DNA of 59,835 nucleotides, filler included, from Basidiobolus meristosporus CBS 931.73 (lineage: Eukaryota > Fungi > Basidiobolomycota): assembly GCA_002104905.1 (NCBI GenBank). It is 3 parts of 3 records of this genome, joined end to end, with 100 filler letters (N's around TTAATTAATTAA, not from the genome) between each part and the next. Parts side by side here need not be neighbours in the genome. Positions count along the whole stretch, not along the records: positions 22,594 to 41,125 come from MCFE01001059.1; 2 more parts are not named here. One strand, given 5' to 3'. Below the pieces are notes generated by a model. It was not told the DNA's origin. It was given only the letters and a program-made list of their open reading frames with translations, and did not search any database. The position numbers and the translations under genes are program-made. Position 1 is the stretch's first letter; every line of letters begins with the position of its first letter. This document shows, one piece after another, positions 24,261-36,000 of the stretch.

Positions 24261-27200
24261 TGTTGACAGAGTCTTGGAGATATTGGAAGTGGTTGGGAGA
24301 ACAAGTAGATTATGTGGTTTTCACTTAAGGATTTATTGAATGTGAAAGTAGTATTTATACTTTTACATGGTCTTGGCATAGCAAACATGTAGAGTAGGCT
24401 TAGGAAGGCTCCAAGAGCATGTGAGCAAAGTTTGGGGCTGTTTGGGCAACTTTGAGAATTTTCATGTTCTGGGTATATATTCTAAGTAAATCCTGACAAG
24501 GAATTTGGTCAGTATTCACTAGGATTTTGTAGGTAATGATCTAAGTGACCAAGTTAGGTGAGTATTTAGGTGGGATCACAAATTTTACAACACTCCCACT
24601 CAACTAAATGCTCATACTGACTAGTCCTAATTTTGGCCTAAGATATTTAAATTTGTCTCTAGTTCATGGTTTAGTAAATATGTCTGCAATCATTTCATCT
24701 GTAGGACAGTAAACTAGGCTACCTAAGTTATTCTCTATAGCTTCACATATGAGATGATGTCTAATAATATATGTGCTTAGTTCTGGCATGAAAAGTTGGA
24801 TTTCTACCTAATTGTATACATCCTTGATTATCCTGAAATGAAGTGATAGGCATTTTTTGACAAAAGCCAAAGTCTTGAAAAAGCTTCCTTAACCACATTG
24901 CTTTTTGTGTAGTCTCACAGGCTCCCATATACTCTGCTTCTGTGGTGGAAAGAGCTATTGTTGGTTGCTTTCTTGAATTCCATGAAGCTGCTCCTTTACA
25001 GCAAAGAAAGGTGTATCCTGTGGTGGATCTTCTGTCTTCTAAATTTTGTCCCCAATCAGCATCAGAGTATCCCACAAATCCTGTTCTGAATCTATATAGG
25101 TGTACCTTAAGCAGATATCAGCAGTTCCTTTTAGGTATCTAAAATCTGCTTAACTGCTGCAATATGATCAGATCCATAATTCTGATTATGTTGACTGACA
25201 ACTCCCACTGAATATGAGATATCTGGACATGTTCCAAGCATGATATACTTCAGACTGTCAATCATAGATTGATAAGGAAAATTAGGGCTCTCAGATGGAA
25301 CCAAGCTCTCTTGATTTGGTAGAGTTTAGACCAAGTTAAGGTTTGTCTCCATTGGGGTAGCTGCTGGTTTACAGTCTTCCATTTGGTGCTTCTTTAGTAT
25401 TTCTTGAGTATACTTGGACTGGCTTAGAGTGATAGTCTGGGTACTTCTGTCTAAAGAGAACTTTATCCCTAAGTAAGAACTGAGTTCTCCTAGATTGGAC
25501 ATCTTGAACTCCTTAGATAGGCTGGATTTAGTCTCTTCCAATGTATCAAGGTAATTGGTGGCTATAATAAGATCATCCACATAAAGGGCTAATAGAACTG
25601 GACTTGCTCTATCTGGCTTATGGTATATACTATAGTCAGCATTACTTCTTTCAAAACTTCCAGGCTCCTGGTGATTTTTTGCATCCATTTAGGGATTTTT
25701 TAAGCTTGCAGACCAAATTGGGGTTATCTTGGTCACCAAACCCATTAGCATGGTCCATATACATGCCCTCATCAAGTTCTTCATTCAACAATGCAGCTTT
25801 TACATCCATTTGAAGTAAAAGAAACTTATATTTGGCTGCAATAGCCAATATTAATCTGATGGAATTAAACTTGGCTACCAGTGCAAAGGTCTCAGTATAG
25901 TCAAGTACTTCTGTTTGAGAGTATCCTTTGAACACAAGTATTGCTTTGTGTTTTTCAGCTGTACCTTCAGCCTTGTATTTTGTCTAAAGACCCATCTGCA
26001 TCTAATTAACTTTTGGTTGATTAGTAATACAATTAAGTCCCAAGTTTGATTTTCCATCAGGGCCTGATACTCCTTGGTCATTGCAGATCTCCAAAACTTT
26101 GTCTGAGGGCTACTTAGGGCCTCTTTTACAGTCTGGGGTTCATCAATATGAACTGAATAGGCATAGGCTATGTTTGTACCCTCATTGATGTAGTAATTTG
26201 GGCTATTTCTTGTCTGGTTGGATCTCCTGGCATTTGATACTAGAATGATCACTTCTGGGATATTCCGGGGCACTGATTCAGGCTAAACCACAGTTGTGGA
26301 GTCCTCTAAAGTATAAGATCAGATTTTAGTCATCACTTGATATCATTTTTGTGAAAATTTTGAATTTTCATCAAACAACACATCCCAGGACTTGATCAGC
26401 TTCTTTGCTTTAGTATTGTAAATTCTGTATGCCTTACTCTCATTGCAGTAGCCCAAAAATACCCATTTTACACTTTTTGGCTCAAAATTTGATTGATTTC
26501 TGGACAGTTTCTTGGCAAATGCTGTACACCTAGATTTTCTTAGATGTTCTGCACTTGATCTGTATCCATACCATGCTTCAAATGGAGTAGAATCTCAGAG
26601 TGTTCTGCTGTCACTCCTATTTTTGAGATATACAGCTGCAGCAACCAATTCTGCCCAAAAATCAAATGATAATATTTGATCATGGATCATAGATCTTGCC
26701 ATATCCATTATTGATCTGTTTGAATATTCTGCCACTCCATTTTGCAATGCAGAGTATGCTACAGTAATCTCTTGCTTTATCCCATGAATTTTGCAGAAGT
26801 GGATGAAGAGTTTTGAGGTATATTTTCTTCCATTGCCAGAGCGTACTTTCTTGATTTTTTTGCTAGTTTTGATTAACCCAGAGCTCTTGAACAGTTGTCT
26901 GGCTTGGTTCCCATATATGCAGGCTTCACAGTGCTTCAAATTAGCTGGGGGATCAATTTTTACTCCAGAAATTAGCTGATCTTTGATCATTTTGCACAAA
27001 TAATCAAAATTGAGGTGTCCAAATCTCCTGTGCCAAAGCATTGGTGTTTCTTCATTGAAGTTACTTATGTTGGCTTCCAGATATGTTGGAATATAAGTCA
27101 ACCTGTATAGGCTCTCATCTCTGATACCCAAAGCAATATGAGCACCATTTGAATCAGTGATCCTGCATCCAGAATTGTCAAAGCTGAAACTGAGTGCCTC

Positions 27201-28495
27201 TGCTGTGGCCTTACTTACAGATAGTAGGCTCTTGGTTATTTCTAGTACATAGAGTACTTCTTCAAAGGTAAGTGTGTGGCTTCCTTCACTGCTTCTGAGG
27301 TTTACTTGGATAGTTCCTTCCTGTACACCATCAAGTGTTCTATTGTCACCCATGAAAGCCTTCTTAATTGGAATTTCTTGATATTAGACTTGTTCCATCA
27401 TTCCAGCTGATCATAGTGCCCAATAGTGCCATAGCATGCCAGATGGTGCCTGATCATGCCACAGAGTGCCAGAGGGTGCCATACAGTGCCAATTTGAGAT
27501 CAAAATTGACATGCATATGACCCTAAATTATCAGATTAATTACAGAATATACAGCACTTTCTGGCACTATGATCAATGGCACAATGGAACAAGTCTATTG
27601 GGTAAAAAGTTCTTTTTGGTGTTTAAAGTATTGAGATGCTTCAGAGTCAACATACCACATCTGAGAATCCTTGTTTGTGGTCATATTTGGTGCAGATACA
27701 AACAGTCTATCTTCAGTTGTTGCAGCATTTCCATATTTAGGCTTTTTCTACTGCTTGGCAGCATCTTTGTAGTAAGATATTTTTGTCTCAGATACATTTT
27801 CTTAGTAGCTGAACATGCCTGGTAGGTGTGGTCTAATGCCTTCCAGGTATTCTTTGCCATTTTTGCTCTTGAGCATTGAATAAGCAATTTGTCTTTAACA
27901 TTGAGGTAAATGCAATTAAACGCACTTTATTCTTTCTTTGGGTACTTTAAGGCTTCCTCTCCCATGTATTTAGGAGGGCATTCTTCTCCATTGACAATAT
28001 CCCAAAGGTCTCTTTCCCGTAGCAGCATCTTTATCTTCACCTTCCACACTTGGTTGTTAAATCCATCCAACTGTTCAGTAGCGGGAGAGCTCCAGTAATA
28101 GCAGTAATTGACATTGCAGAGAGTGACAGCTCAGGGCTCATAACCTGTTGTAAGAGTCTTGGAGATATTGGAAGTGATTGGGAGAACAAGTAGATTATGT
28201 GGTTTTCACTTAATGATTTATTAAATGTAAAAGTTGTATTTATGCTTTTACATGGTCTTGGCATAGCAAACATATAGGATAGACAAAGGAAGGTCACAAG
28301 AGCATGTGTGCAAAGTCTGGGGCTGTTTGGGCAACTTTGGGAATTTTCATGTTCTGGGTACCTGATGTGTTGGTGAAAATATTACAAATAAGCCCCAACA
28401 AGGAATTTAGTTAGTATTCACTAGGATTTTGTAGGTAATGATCTAAGTGACTGAGTTAGGTGAGTATTTAGGTTGAATTACAAACTTTTACTACT
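24261..28495 (-). mobile_element. Degenerate near-full-length Ty1/copia element
   Basis: LTRs 24261-24592 and 28146-~28495; PBS GGTTATGAGCCCT (28145-28133); fragments CEACIYGNQAR (GAG-pre-integrase), [49 protein letters not shown]. Confidence 0.9.
27386..27596. mobile_element. 211-bp MITE of the AGACTTGTTCC family, TSD ATT
   Basis: AGACTTGTTCCAT...ATGGAACAAGTCT; ATT at 27383-27385 and 27597-27599. Confidence 0.9.
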
Positions 28496-31032
28496 GTAAT
28501 TGCTTTGCACTTGAGGACAAATCTTGCATGGGTCCACACAGATCTTAGTAGATTAGACCTGACTTTCTCTTAGTTTTGATTAGCCCCAAGCTCTTGAATG
28601 GTTATCTGGCTTATTTCCCATATATGCAGGTTTCACAGTGCCCCATATTAGCTGGGATATCCATGTATTCAGTAAATTAGTCAATTTTTGATCATTTTGC
28701 TCAAATAACCAAATTGATATGTCCAAGTCTCCTGTGCCAAAGCATTGATGTCTCTTCATTTAAGTTACTTACATTGGCTTCCTCCTATGATGGAATATGA
28801 GTTAGATTGAATAGATTCTCATCTCTTCTACCTGGGGCAATATGGGTGCTATTTTGATCAGTGATCCTGCAAGCAGAGCCATCAAACTGTAACTAAATCC
28901 TTCTGCAGTGGCCTTGTATACTGATTATAGGTTTCTGCCTATTTCTGGTAGATAGAGTACTTTTTTGAAGGTAAGCATGTTGCTTCCTTCATTACTTATA
29001 AGGTTTACTTGGATAGCTGCCTGTTGTATCCAAGAGAAAGTGTAATAAAGCTCTTGAATGGTTTAACTGAACCAAAGGGACAATTAAGTGCAGAATCTTA
29101 GAATTGTCAGAGAGTGGTGGAAATATTAGCAGAAAGATTCTGATCTTATATTGGTCTTGGATATAGCTGGGTTGGCTATAAAGACAATGATATTTGTTTG
29201 CTAGGCAGGCTAGGCTTGGTGTTCTTTGGAGTGCTAGATATACTAGGCTTGGATAGAAACTAGAACTGAATTGTTGGATTCTTATTTTTGCTGAGACAGA
29301 ATCTTAATTTTGCTGAGACACACTAAACCAAAAGGTTCAGTAAACTTTATTTATACTTTTCTGATCAAGTTGAATTAGTAAGCACCAAGGGACTGGATTG
29401 ATTGAAATCAATTCAGGTGTTCATAGGTGCATAAGATAAATGAAAATTACATCATCAACCAACTGATGTCTTGGCAACTGCACAGTGGTTGGATGGATCT
29501 CAGATGACTAATCACCTGGGAAGGCTTGGTAGATAGGTTGATAACGTAATGACCATTTGAAAATAGATCAGGTGTGATAGCTAAAAATAGATTCTGAGGT
29601 GGGATAAAATAAACTGTAACTGGGATTTGTTATGTTTGGGTTAGGAAAAGCAGTTAGGGTACTAGATTTTCAAACGGAGTAAAATTGGCTAAGTTTTAAA
29701 TGCTGATGCACAACACTGCCTATTAAACTGCATCAAGGGTTTTGTTGCTTCCCATAAAAACCTTATTGATTGGTATTTTTTCACATTAGGTAAAAGTTCT
29801 TTTGGTGCATAAGGTGTTGAGATGCTCCAGAAGTAATGTACCACATCCAAGAATTCCTGTTTAGGGTCATATTAGGTGCAGATGCAAATATTTTATCTTT
29901 AGTGGTTGCAGCAATTCTATATTTAAACTTTTTTGCACATTAGCTGTCATTTTATGCACTGCTCTGATGTGAGCCCTTTCCATTTTCAGTAGCTGTAAGA
30001 AAGATTGATGTTGCCTTTAGAGGGTCTTGGCTACCTTATTTGGTGGTTAGCATTGCTCACAAGGCATTTTCTGTTTCCTTTAAATGGGTGCTTCAATTTC
30101 TTAATTCTTCAGCTAGTAGCCTTCCATATATGTGACATAAGCTCAGATCTGCACTACTGAACCCTAAGGCAGATACAAGGCCCTGATGCTTGTCTTTCAG
30201 GCTATACAAGAGAGTAACTATCACATCTTCATAAGTGGTGTGTATACTTGCTGATTCATCTCATCTACTAACAGAGGTATCTGGTTAATTAGATTTTCAT
30301 TTCTTCTCCTAGGAAAATCTGAGTACTAAGAGATTCTGTATAATATACATCTTCTTAACCACTGAAAATGACTGAGAGGTGTCCTCCCAGCATTTTTTAC
30401 CATTTTTGTTCTACAACATTGAATCAGCAAGTTGTCTTTACCATTAATGCAAATGCAATAAAGGAAATTTCTTCTTTCTTCTGGTACTTTAAGATTTCTT
30501 CACCTGTTGCTTGTGGGGGGGGATTATTCTCTCATGACAATATACTAATGGCTTCTTTCCTGCAGCAACATCTTCATCTTCACCTTCTGAACTTTGTAGT
30601 TTAATCAATCCAACTTTTCAATGGAGGGAAAGATTCCAGTACTAACAGTATTAGCCATTGCAGAGAGAGACAGCAAGGGGCTCATTACATGCTGTAGGAG
30701 CTTGGAGATATAGGAAGTGACTGGGAGGAGAAAGTGACAATGCTATTTTCACTTGATTATATACTGAATGTAAGGTAGTATTCATATTGTGGCATAGTTT
30801 TGGCAGAAAAAAAAATAGAATATTTTGAGGAAAGTCACAACAATATGTGTGTCAAGTTTGAGGCTGTTTGGACAACTTTGAAAAATTTATGCTCTGGATA
30901 CTTGATGATTTGGTAAAAGTACTCCAAGTAAATTCCAATAAGGAATTTGATCAGAGTTTTCCAAGATTTGTAGACAAGATCTAGGTGACTAAGCCCAATG
31001 AGTATATAGGTGTAATTACAAAATTCACAACA
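28496..31032 (-). mobile_element. Truncated degenerate copia copy (gag to integrase start) with 5' LTR 30690-31032
   Basis: Colinear with 26800-28495; DLCGPMQ-like integrase start near 28540; decayed PBS just before 30690. Confidence 0.8.
29022..29715. mobile_element. Solo LTR of a further family, 694 bp, 5-bp TSD CTGCC
   Basis: TGTTG...CAACA termini; CTGCC at 29017-29021 and 29716-29720; the flanks rejoin the copia sequence. Confidence 0.85.
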
Positions 31033-31199
31033 GATACAATAGTCTAGAGAAGCAGAAATTAGTAATGAGACAGGATGGGTTGATAATGCACAGAGAGTAA
31101 TCAATATGCCTAGTAGAAAATTCAATGTCTTTGATGCAACCAAAAAATTTAATCAGCTCTACAAAACAGACCAGGATTAAGCCATAACACAATATGACT

Positions 31200-32760
31200 A
31201 CATGGGAGCAGTGTACAGACTGTGAAATACAATAATAGTACCCAATAATTAAGCCTACAGGAACACCTAAAAAAGCATGGATGGGAGACACTTCAACATA
31301 TACTAAAGCCCAAGAACCAGAGGGTGTGAAGACTGAAGATGCTCTTGAGTGTAATGATGATAGGTGGGCTAACATGCAAGACACCATTAGCACTCTAGTG
31401 TACAATCATCCAGAAGCCAGTACACCTTGGCACCCTCATGAACTAAAAGCCTGGCAGGCTGTACATGGTCTGTTCCAGCAGCAACATCCTGTGCTGAAAC
31501 AAGCAAATAGATTTTAGGACATTATCAGTGAGCTCAGATCTATTTAAGCATACTTGAAGCTATGAGAAACACATGAGAAAGAGTACCACAGCAGGAAAGT
31601 AGTAGGTACCTCAAGAACCTATCACACTTAATGCAGAGAGCTCTAAGCAAAAAGCAAGGAAGTGTCAGGCAGTGGGAAGAGTGCTAGCAAGAGAAAAGCA
31701 GCCAGAAATCACAGCTTAGCTGCAATATATCAAGGAGTAAACAGTCTAATACAAGAGTCACAATGCCTGATTAGCAGTGAAGGTCCTGGCAGTAGTAGAG
31801 GCAAAAGCAATTGAAAGAGAGTTCACCAAAAGCAATGACAGAAAAGCATAAGACAAAAGCTGCAATTTGTAGCAGCTAGTGCTGTCAGCCAAGGTCAGTC
31901 TGAGTCTCATAATAGCCAGGAGCAACTACCAACTAGATAATTGCTGTTTTCACAAGTGACCAAAGTGCAGCCAGTGAAAGAGTTCTCCAAAGAGGCTGAT
32001 GGCTTTTAGAGAGAGGCACTTCTTGTCACACATCCTCCACATCCTCCAATGCAGGTGGAGTGAAAATCCCACTGATGAGGAAAGTACCAATGTCAAGATG
32101 TCTAACATTGATCAAAATCAGTGGTGAGATCTTAAAACAGGAGTTTGCATACCAAGAGTTTGCCACACTTCTTCAAGTAGAGTATCAAAGAAAGTGAACT
32201 TATTGCAATGACAGGCAGATAAAGTGCTAGACTTTGCTCTGCTGGCAGAAGACCAGAATATATGGGAACCTGTGAGCTCACAATGGTATAGATCCAAAAG
32301 GTTATCATCAAAGGGATGCATGAAGGATGTTAAGGTGACAACACTTGTTGAATGGTGCATGTTAATGATTATATTTGTAGAGTGTGGTGTTGGGACCATT
32401 GTTAATATATAGTGAAGGGACTTGTATAGGTTAGTGCATACTTGGATTGAGGTGTGTCTGCTATTTAGTGGCACCCACGCATTCAGGCCAGCAGAGTGAT
32501 TTCTCACAGCCACCTGCACCCTCAATATATACTTCGATTACCCCTGGACCTACCACAAATAGCACCCACAGAATGGCAACCAAAAGCGATATTGATTCCA
32601 AGCATGCTACTTCTATACTCAGGGCAGCAAAGCAAATGCCCACAGCCACCGGTGCCACCAACGCATGCTGCTGAGCATTCCTTAAAAAGCCGTAGTTGGA
32701 GGTCCAGAGCTCTGTGCAGAAAGCTGCATGATTTCAGCCATATGCATCCCAATAGATACT
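31200..32760 (+). pseudogene. Possible DIRS-like (tyrosine-recombinase retrotransposon) relic
   Basis: Frameshifted fragments in the expected order: RLMAFRER (~32003), GVKIP, VSAYLD (~32430), and W-Q-P/K-S-D-I (~32575) resembling the WRPRSDI recombinase motif; recognised from memory only. Confidence 0.4.
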
Positions 32761-32964
32761 TGAATTTGAGTATTAGAATTGTTTACTCCATATAGAGGAC
32801 ATTGGCCCAAGAGTTAGGTGGTTTTCCATTTTAACCATTAGTAATATATCTGTGATAGAATAAGAAATTGTGCAACAGGCTTGTGTTTAGGATTCCAATG
32901 CCCCAATTGTCTAGATATACTATGCAATTACTTTGTAGTGTGAAGAAAATTCATACGGCTTCAG

Positions 32965-32970
32965 TTTATT
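32965..32970 (-). terminator. Candidate polyadenylation signal AATAAA
   Basis: About 110 nt downstream of the TGA of the giant gene. Confidence 0.35.
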
Positions 32971-33080
32971 TAATAAAGAATAGGTTTTCGGTCTATTGGC
33001 TATTGAATAGCTGAATTGTCAACCAGGTTGGCAGTCTATTTGTAGGGTACGAACAAACGTTGACTAAACGTTTATGGGAA

Positions 33081-36000
33081 TCATTCCCAGTCACAAATAA
33101 TAGATTGACCAAGAGTTTTGCAAACTGTGTCACTAGCACAATGGTTCTGAATCAGACGTCCATTGACGCAGACGAAAAAGACTGGTGAAGTACCAGATTC
33201 TAGACAACTATATTGGCCATCGGTGCACACCCCACGTTGAGTGGTCTTCACTTGTTTCTCAGCCCGGGTAACAGTGACGGTATGAACGTTGTGTAAAGTA
33301 ACAGTTTGAATAGCCGTAACTGTAACCGGATTGATATCAGTTACAGAAACAGCCAGAGTAGTAGTAGCACATCCAGGAGCACATGTGGTATCGGAGGAAA
33401 CTGGGAGATCTAAGAATAATTATTATGTCAGAGGGCTGTGAGGATTGAGCCTTGTAAAATGTGCTTACCGCTTGTCGTGGCAGATTTGGTAGTAACTCTG
33501 GAAACTGCATGAGCACCTCCTTTTATGGAAATAGTAGGCTGAGCGGTAACGTCACGAGCATTGCCATTAGTTTCGGTAACAGCAACAGAATGAACACCGC
33601 TTCCAGCCGATACAGTAGACTGTGCAGTAGCAGTGCGGTCAATAACAGCGTGAGTCTTGCCGTTAGTGTCGGTAACACTAAAGGTATAAGCACCACTTCC
33701 GACAGAAATAGTAGGTTGGACAGTGACGGTGCGGTCAATAATAGTATGAAGATTGCCGTTGGCCTCTGTTACAGTAACAACGCGCGCACCACTTCCAAAT
33801 GAAGCAGTAGGCTGCACAATGACGGTGTGAATCTCATCATCAATATCAGTGACAGTTACATTGGGAGCACCTGCTTCAGCAGAAGCCGTGGGTTCGATAC
33901 TAATAGTGCGGTCATTGACAGTTTGACCATTACCATCAGTCTCGGTAACGGTAACAGTACAGAGAGCGCTTTCGACTGATACAGTGGGCTGCACAATGAC
34001 AGCGCGAGCCTTGCCATTAGTCTCAGTAATAGTGACGGTGTAGGCTCCAGTTTCCATGGATACGTAGGGTTGATCAGCGATAGTGAGAGTCTTGACATCA
34101 GTCTCAATAACAGTAACAGTAACAGTGCGAGCGCCACATTCGACAGACATAGGCCTGAGAGTCACACTGCGGTCAATCTCAGTAGGTACTATGCCATCAG
34201 CCGCAGTAATAGTAACAGAACTAGTGCCCTTTTCAATAGACATAGTAGGCTGAACAGTAACGGTACGATCAGTGTGAGCCTTGCCAACTGTCTCAGTAAC
34301 AGTAACAGTGCGATCGCCGCTTTCAATTGACATTGTGGGCTCAACAGTGGCATTGCGGTCAACAACCTTTCCATCAATTTCGGTTGTGATTACCGTGCGA
34401 GCACTGCTTTCGACGGAAACAGTAGACTGCACAGTGACAGTGCGGTCAACGACAGTGTGAGCCTTACCATAAGTCCCGGTAATGGAAACGGTGTGAGCAC
34501 CGCTCTCGACAGAAACAGTAGGCTGAACAGTGACAGTGCGGTCAATGACAGTGTGAACCTTGCCATCAGTCTCAGTAATAATAACGGTGCGAGCACCGCT
34601 TTCGACGGAAACAGTGGGCTGAACGGTAATAGTACGGTCAATGACAGTGTGAACCTTGCCATCAGTCTTGGTAATGGCAATGGTGCGAGCACTGCTCTCG
34701 ACAGAAACAGTAGGCTGAACGGTGACAGTGCGGTCAACGACAGTGTGAACCTTGCCATCAATATCGGTAATGTCAATGGTGTGAGCACCACTTTCGACAG
34801 AAACGGTGGGCTGAACAGTGACAGTGTGAACCTTGTCATCAGTCTCAGTAATGGTAATGGTGTGAGCACCACTTTCGACAGAAACAGTGGGCTGAACGAT
34901 GGTAGTGCGGCCAATGACAGTGTGAACATTGCCATCAGTCTCGGTACTTGTAACAATGTGAACACCACTATCGACAGATACAGTAGGATGCACAGTAACA
35001 GTGCGGTCAATGACAGTGTGAATCTTGCTATCAGTCTTGGTAATGGTAATGGTGTGAGCACCACTTTCGACAGAAACAGTGGGCTGAACGGTGGTAGTGC
35101 GGCCAATGACAGTGTGAACATTGCCATCAGTCTCGGTACTTGAAACAATGTGAGCACCACTATCGACAGAAACAGTAGGATGCACAGTAACAGTGCGGTC
35201 AATGACAGTGTGAATCTTGCCATCAGTCTCGGTAATCGTAACAACGTGAGCACCACTTTCGACAGATACAGCGGGCTTAGCAGTGACAGTACGGCCAACG
35301 ACATTGTGAACCTCAGCGACAGTGTGACCCTTTCCATCAGTCTCAGTAATAATAACGGTGCGAGCACCGCTTTCGACGGAAACAGTGGGCTGAACGGTGA
35401 TAGTACGGTCAATGATAGTGTGAACCTTGCCATCAGTCTTGGTAACGGCAACGGTGCGAGCACTGCTCTCGACAGAAACAGAAGGATGCACAGTGACGGT
35501 GCCATCAACGATAGTGTGAACCTTGCCATCAGTCTCGGTAATGGTGACGGTGCGAGCACTGCTCTCAACAGAAACAGTAGGATGCACAGTAACAGTGCCA
35601 TCAATGACAGTGTGAATCTTGCCATCAGTCTCGGTAATCGTAACAACGTGAGCACCACTTTCGACAGATACAGCGGGCTTAGCAGTGACAGTACGGCCAA
35701 CGACATTGTGAACCTCAGCGACAGTGTGACCCTTTCCATCAGTCTCAGTAATAATAACGGTGCGAGCACCGCTTTCGACGGAAACAGTGGGCTGAACGGT
35801 GATAGTACGGTCAATGACAGTGTGAACCTTGCCATCAGTCTTGGTAACGGCAACGGTGCGAGCACTGCTCTCGACAGAAACAGAAGGATGCACAGTGACG
35901 GTGCTATCAACGATAGTGTGAACCTTGCCATCAGTCTCGGTAATGGTGACGGTGCGAGCACTGCTCTCAACAGAAACAGTAGGTTGCACAGTAACAGTGC

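Noticed and set aside
33428-33468. ORF-track C-terminus GKHILQGSILTAL* and 'Met' start at 41089
   Set aside because: The C-terminus is intron read-through; the start is a GTG Val codon in a frame that stays open to the gap.
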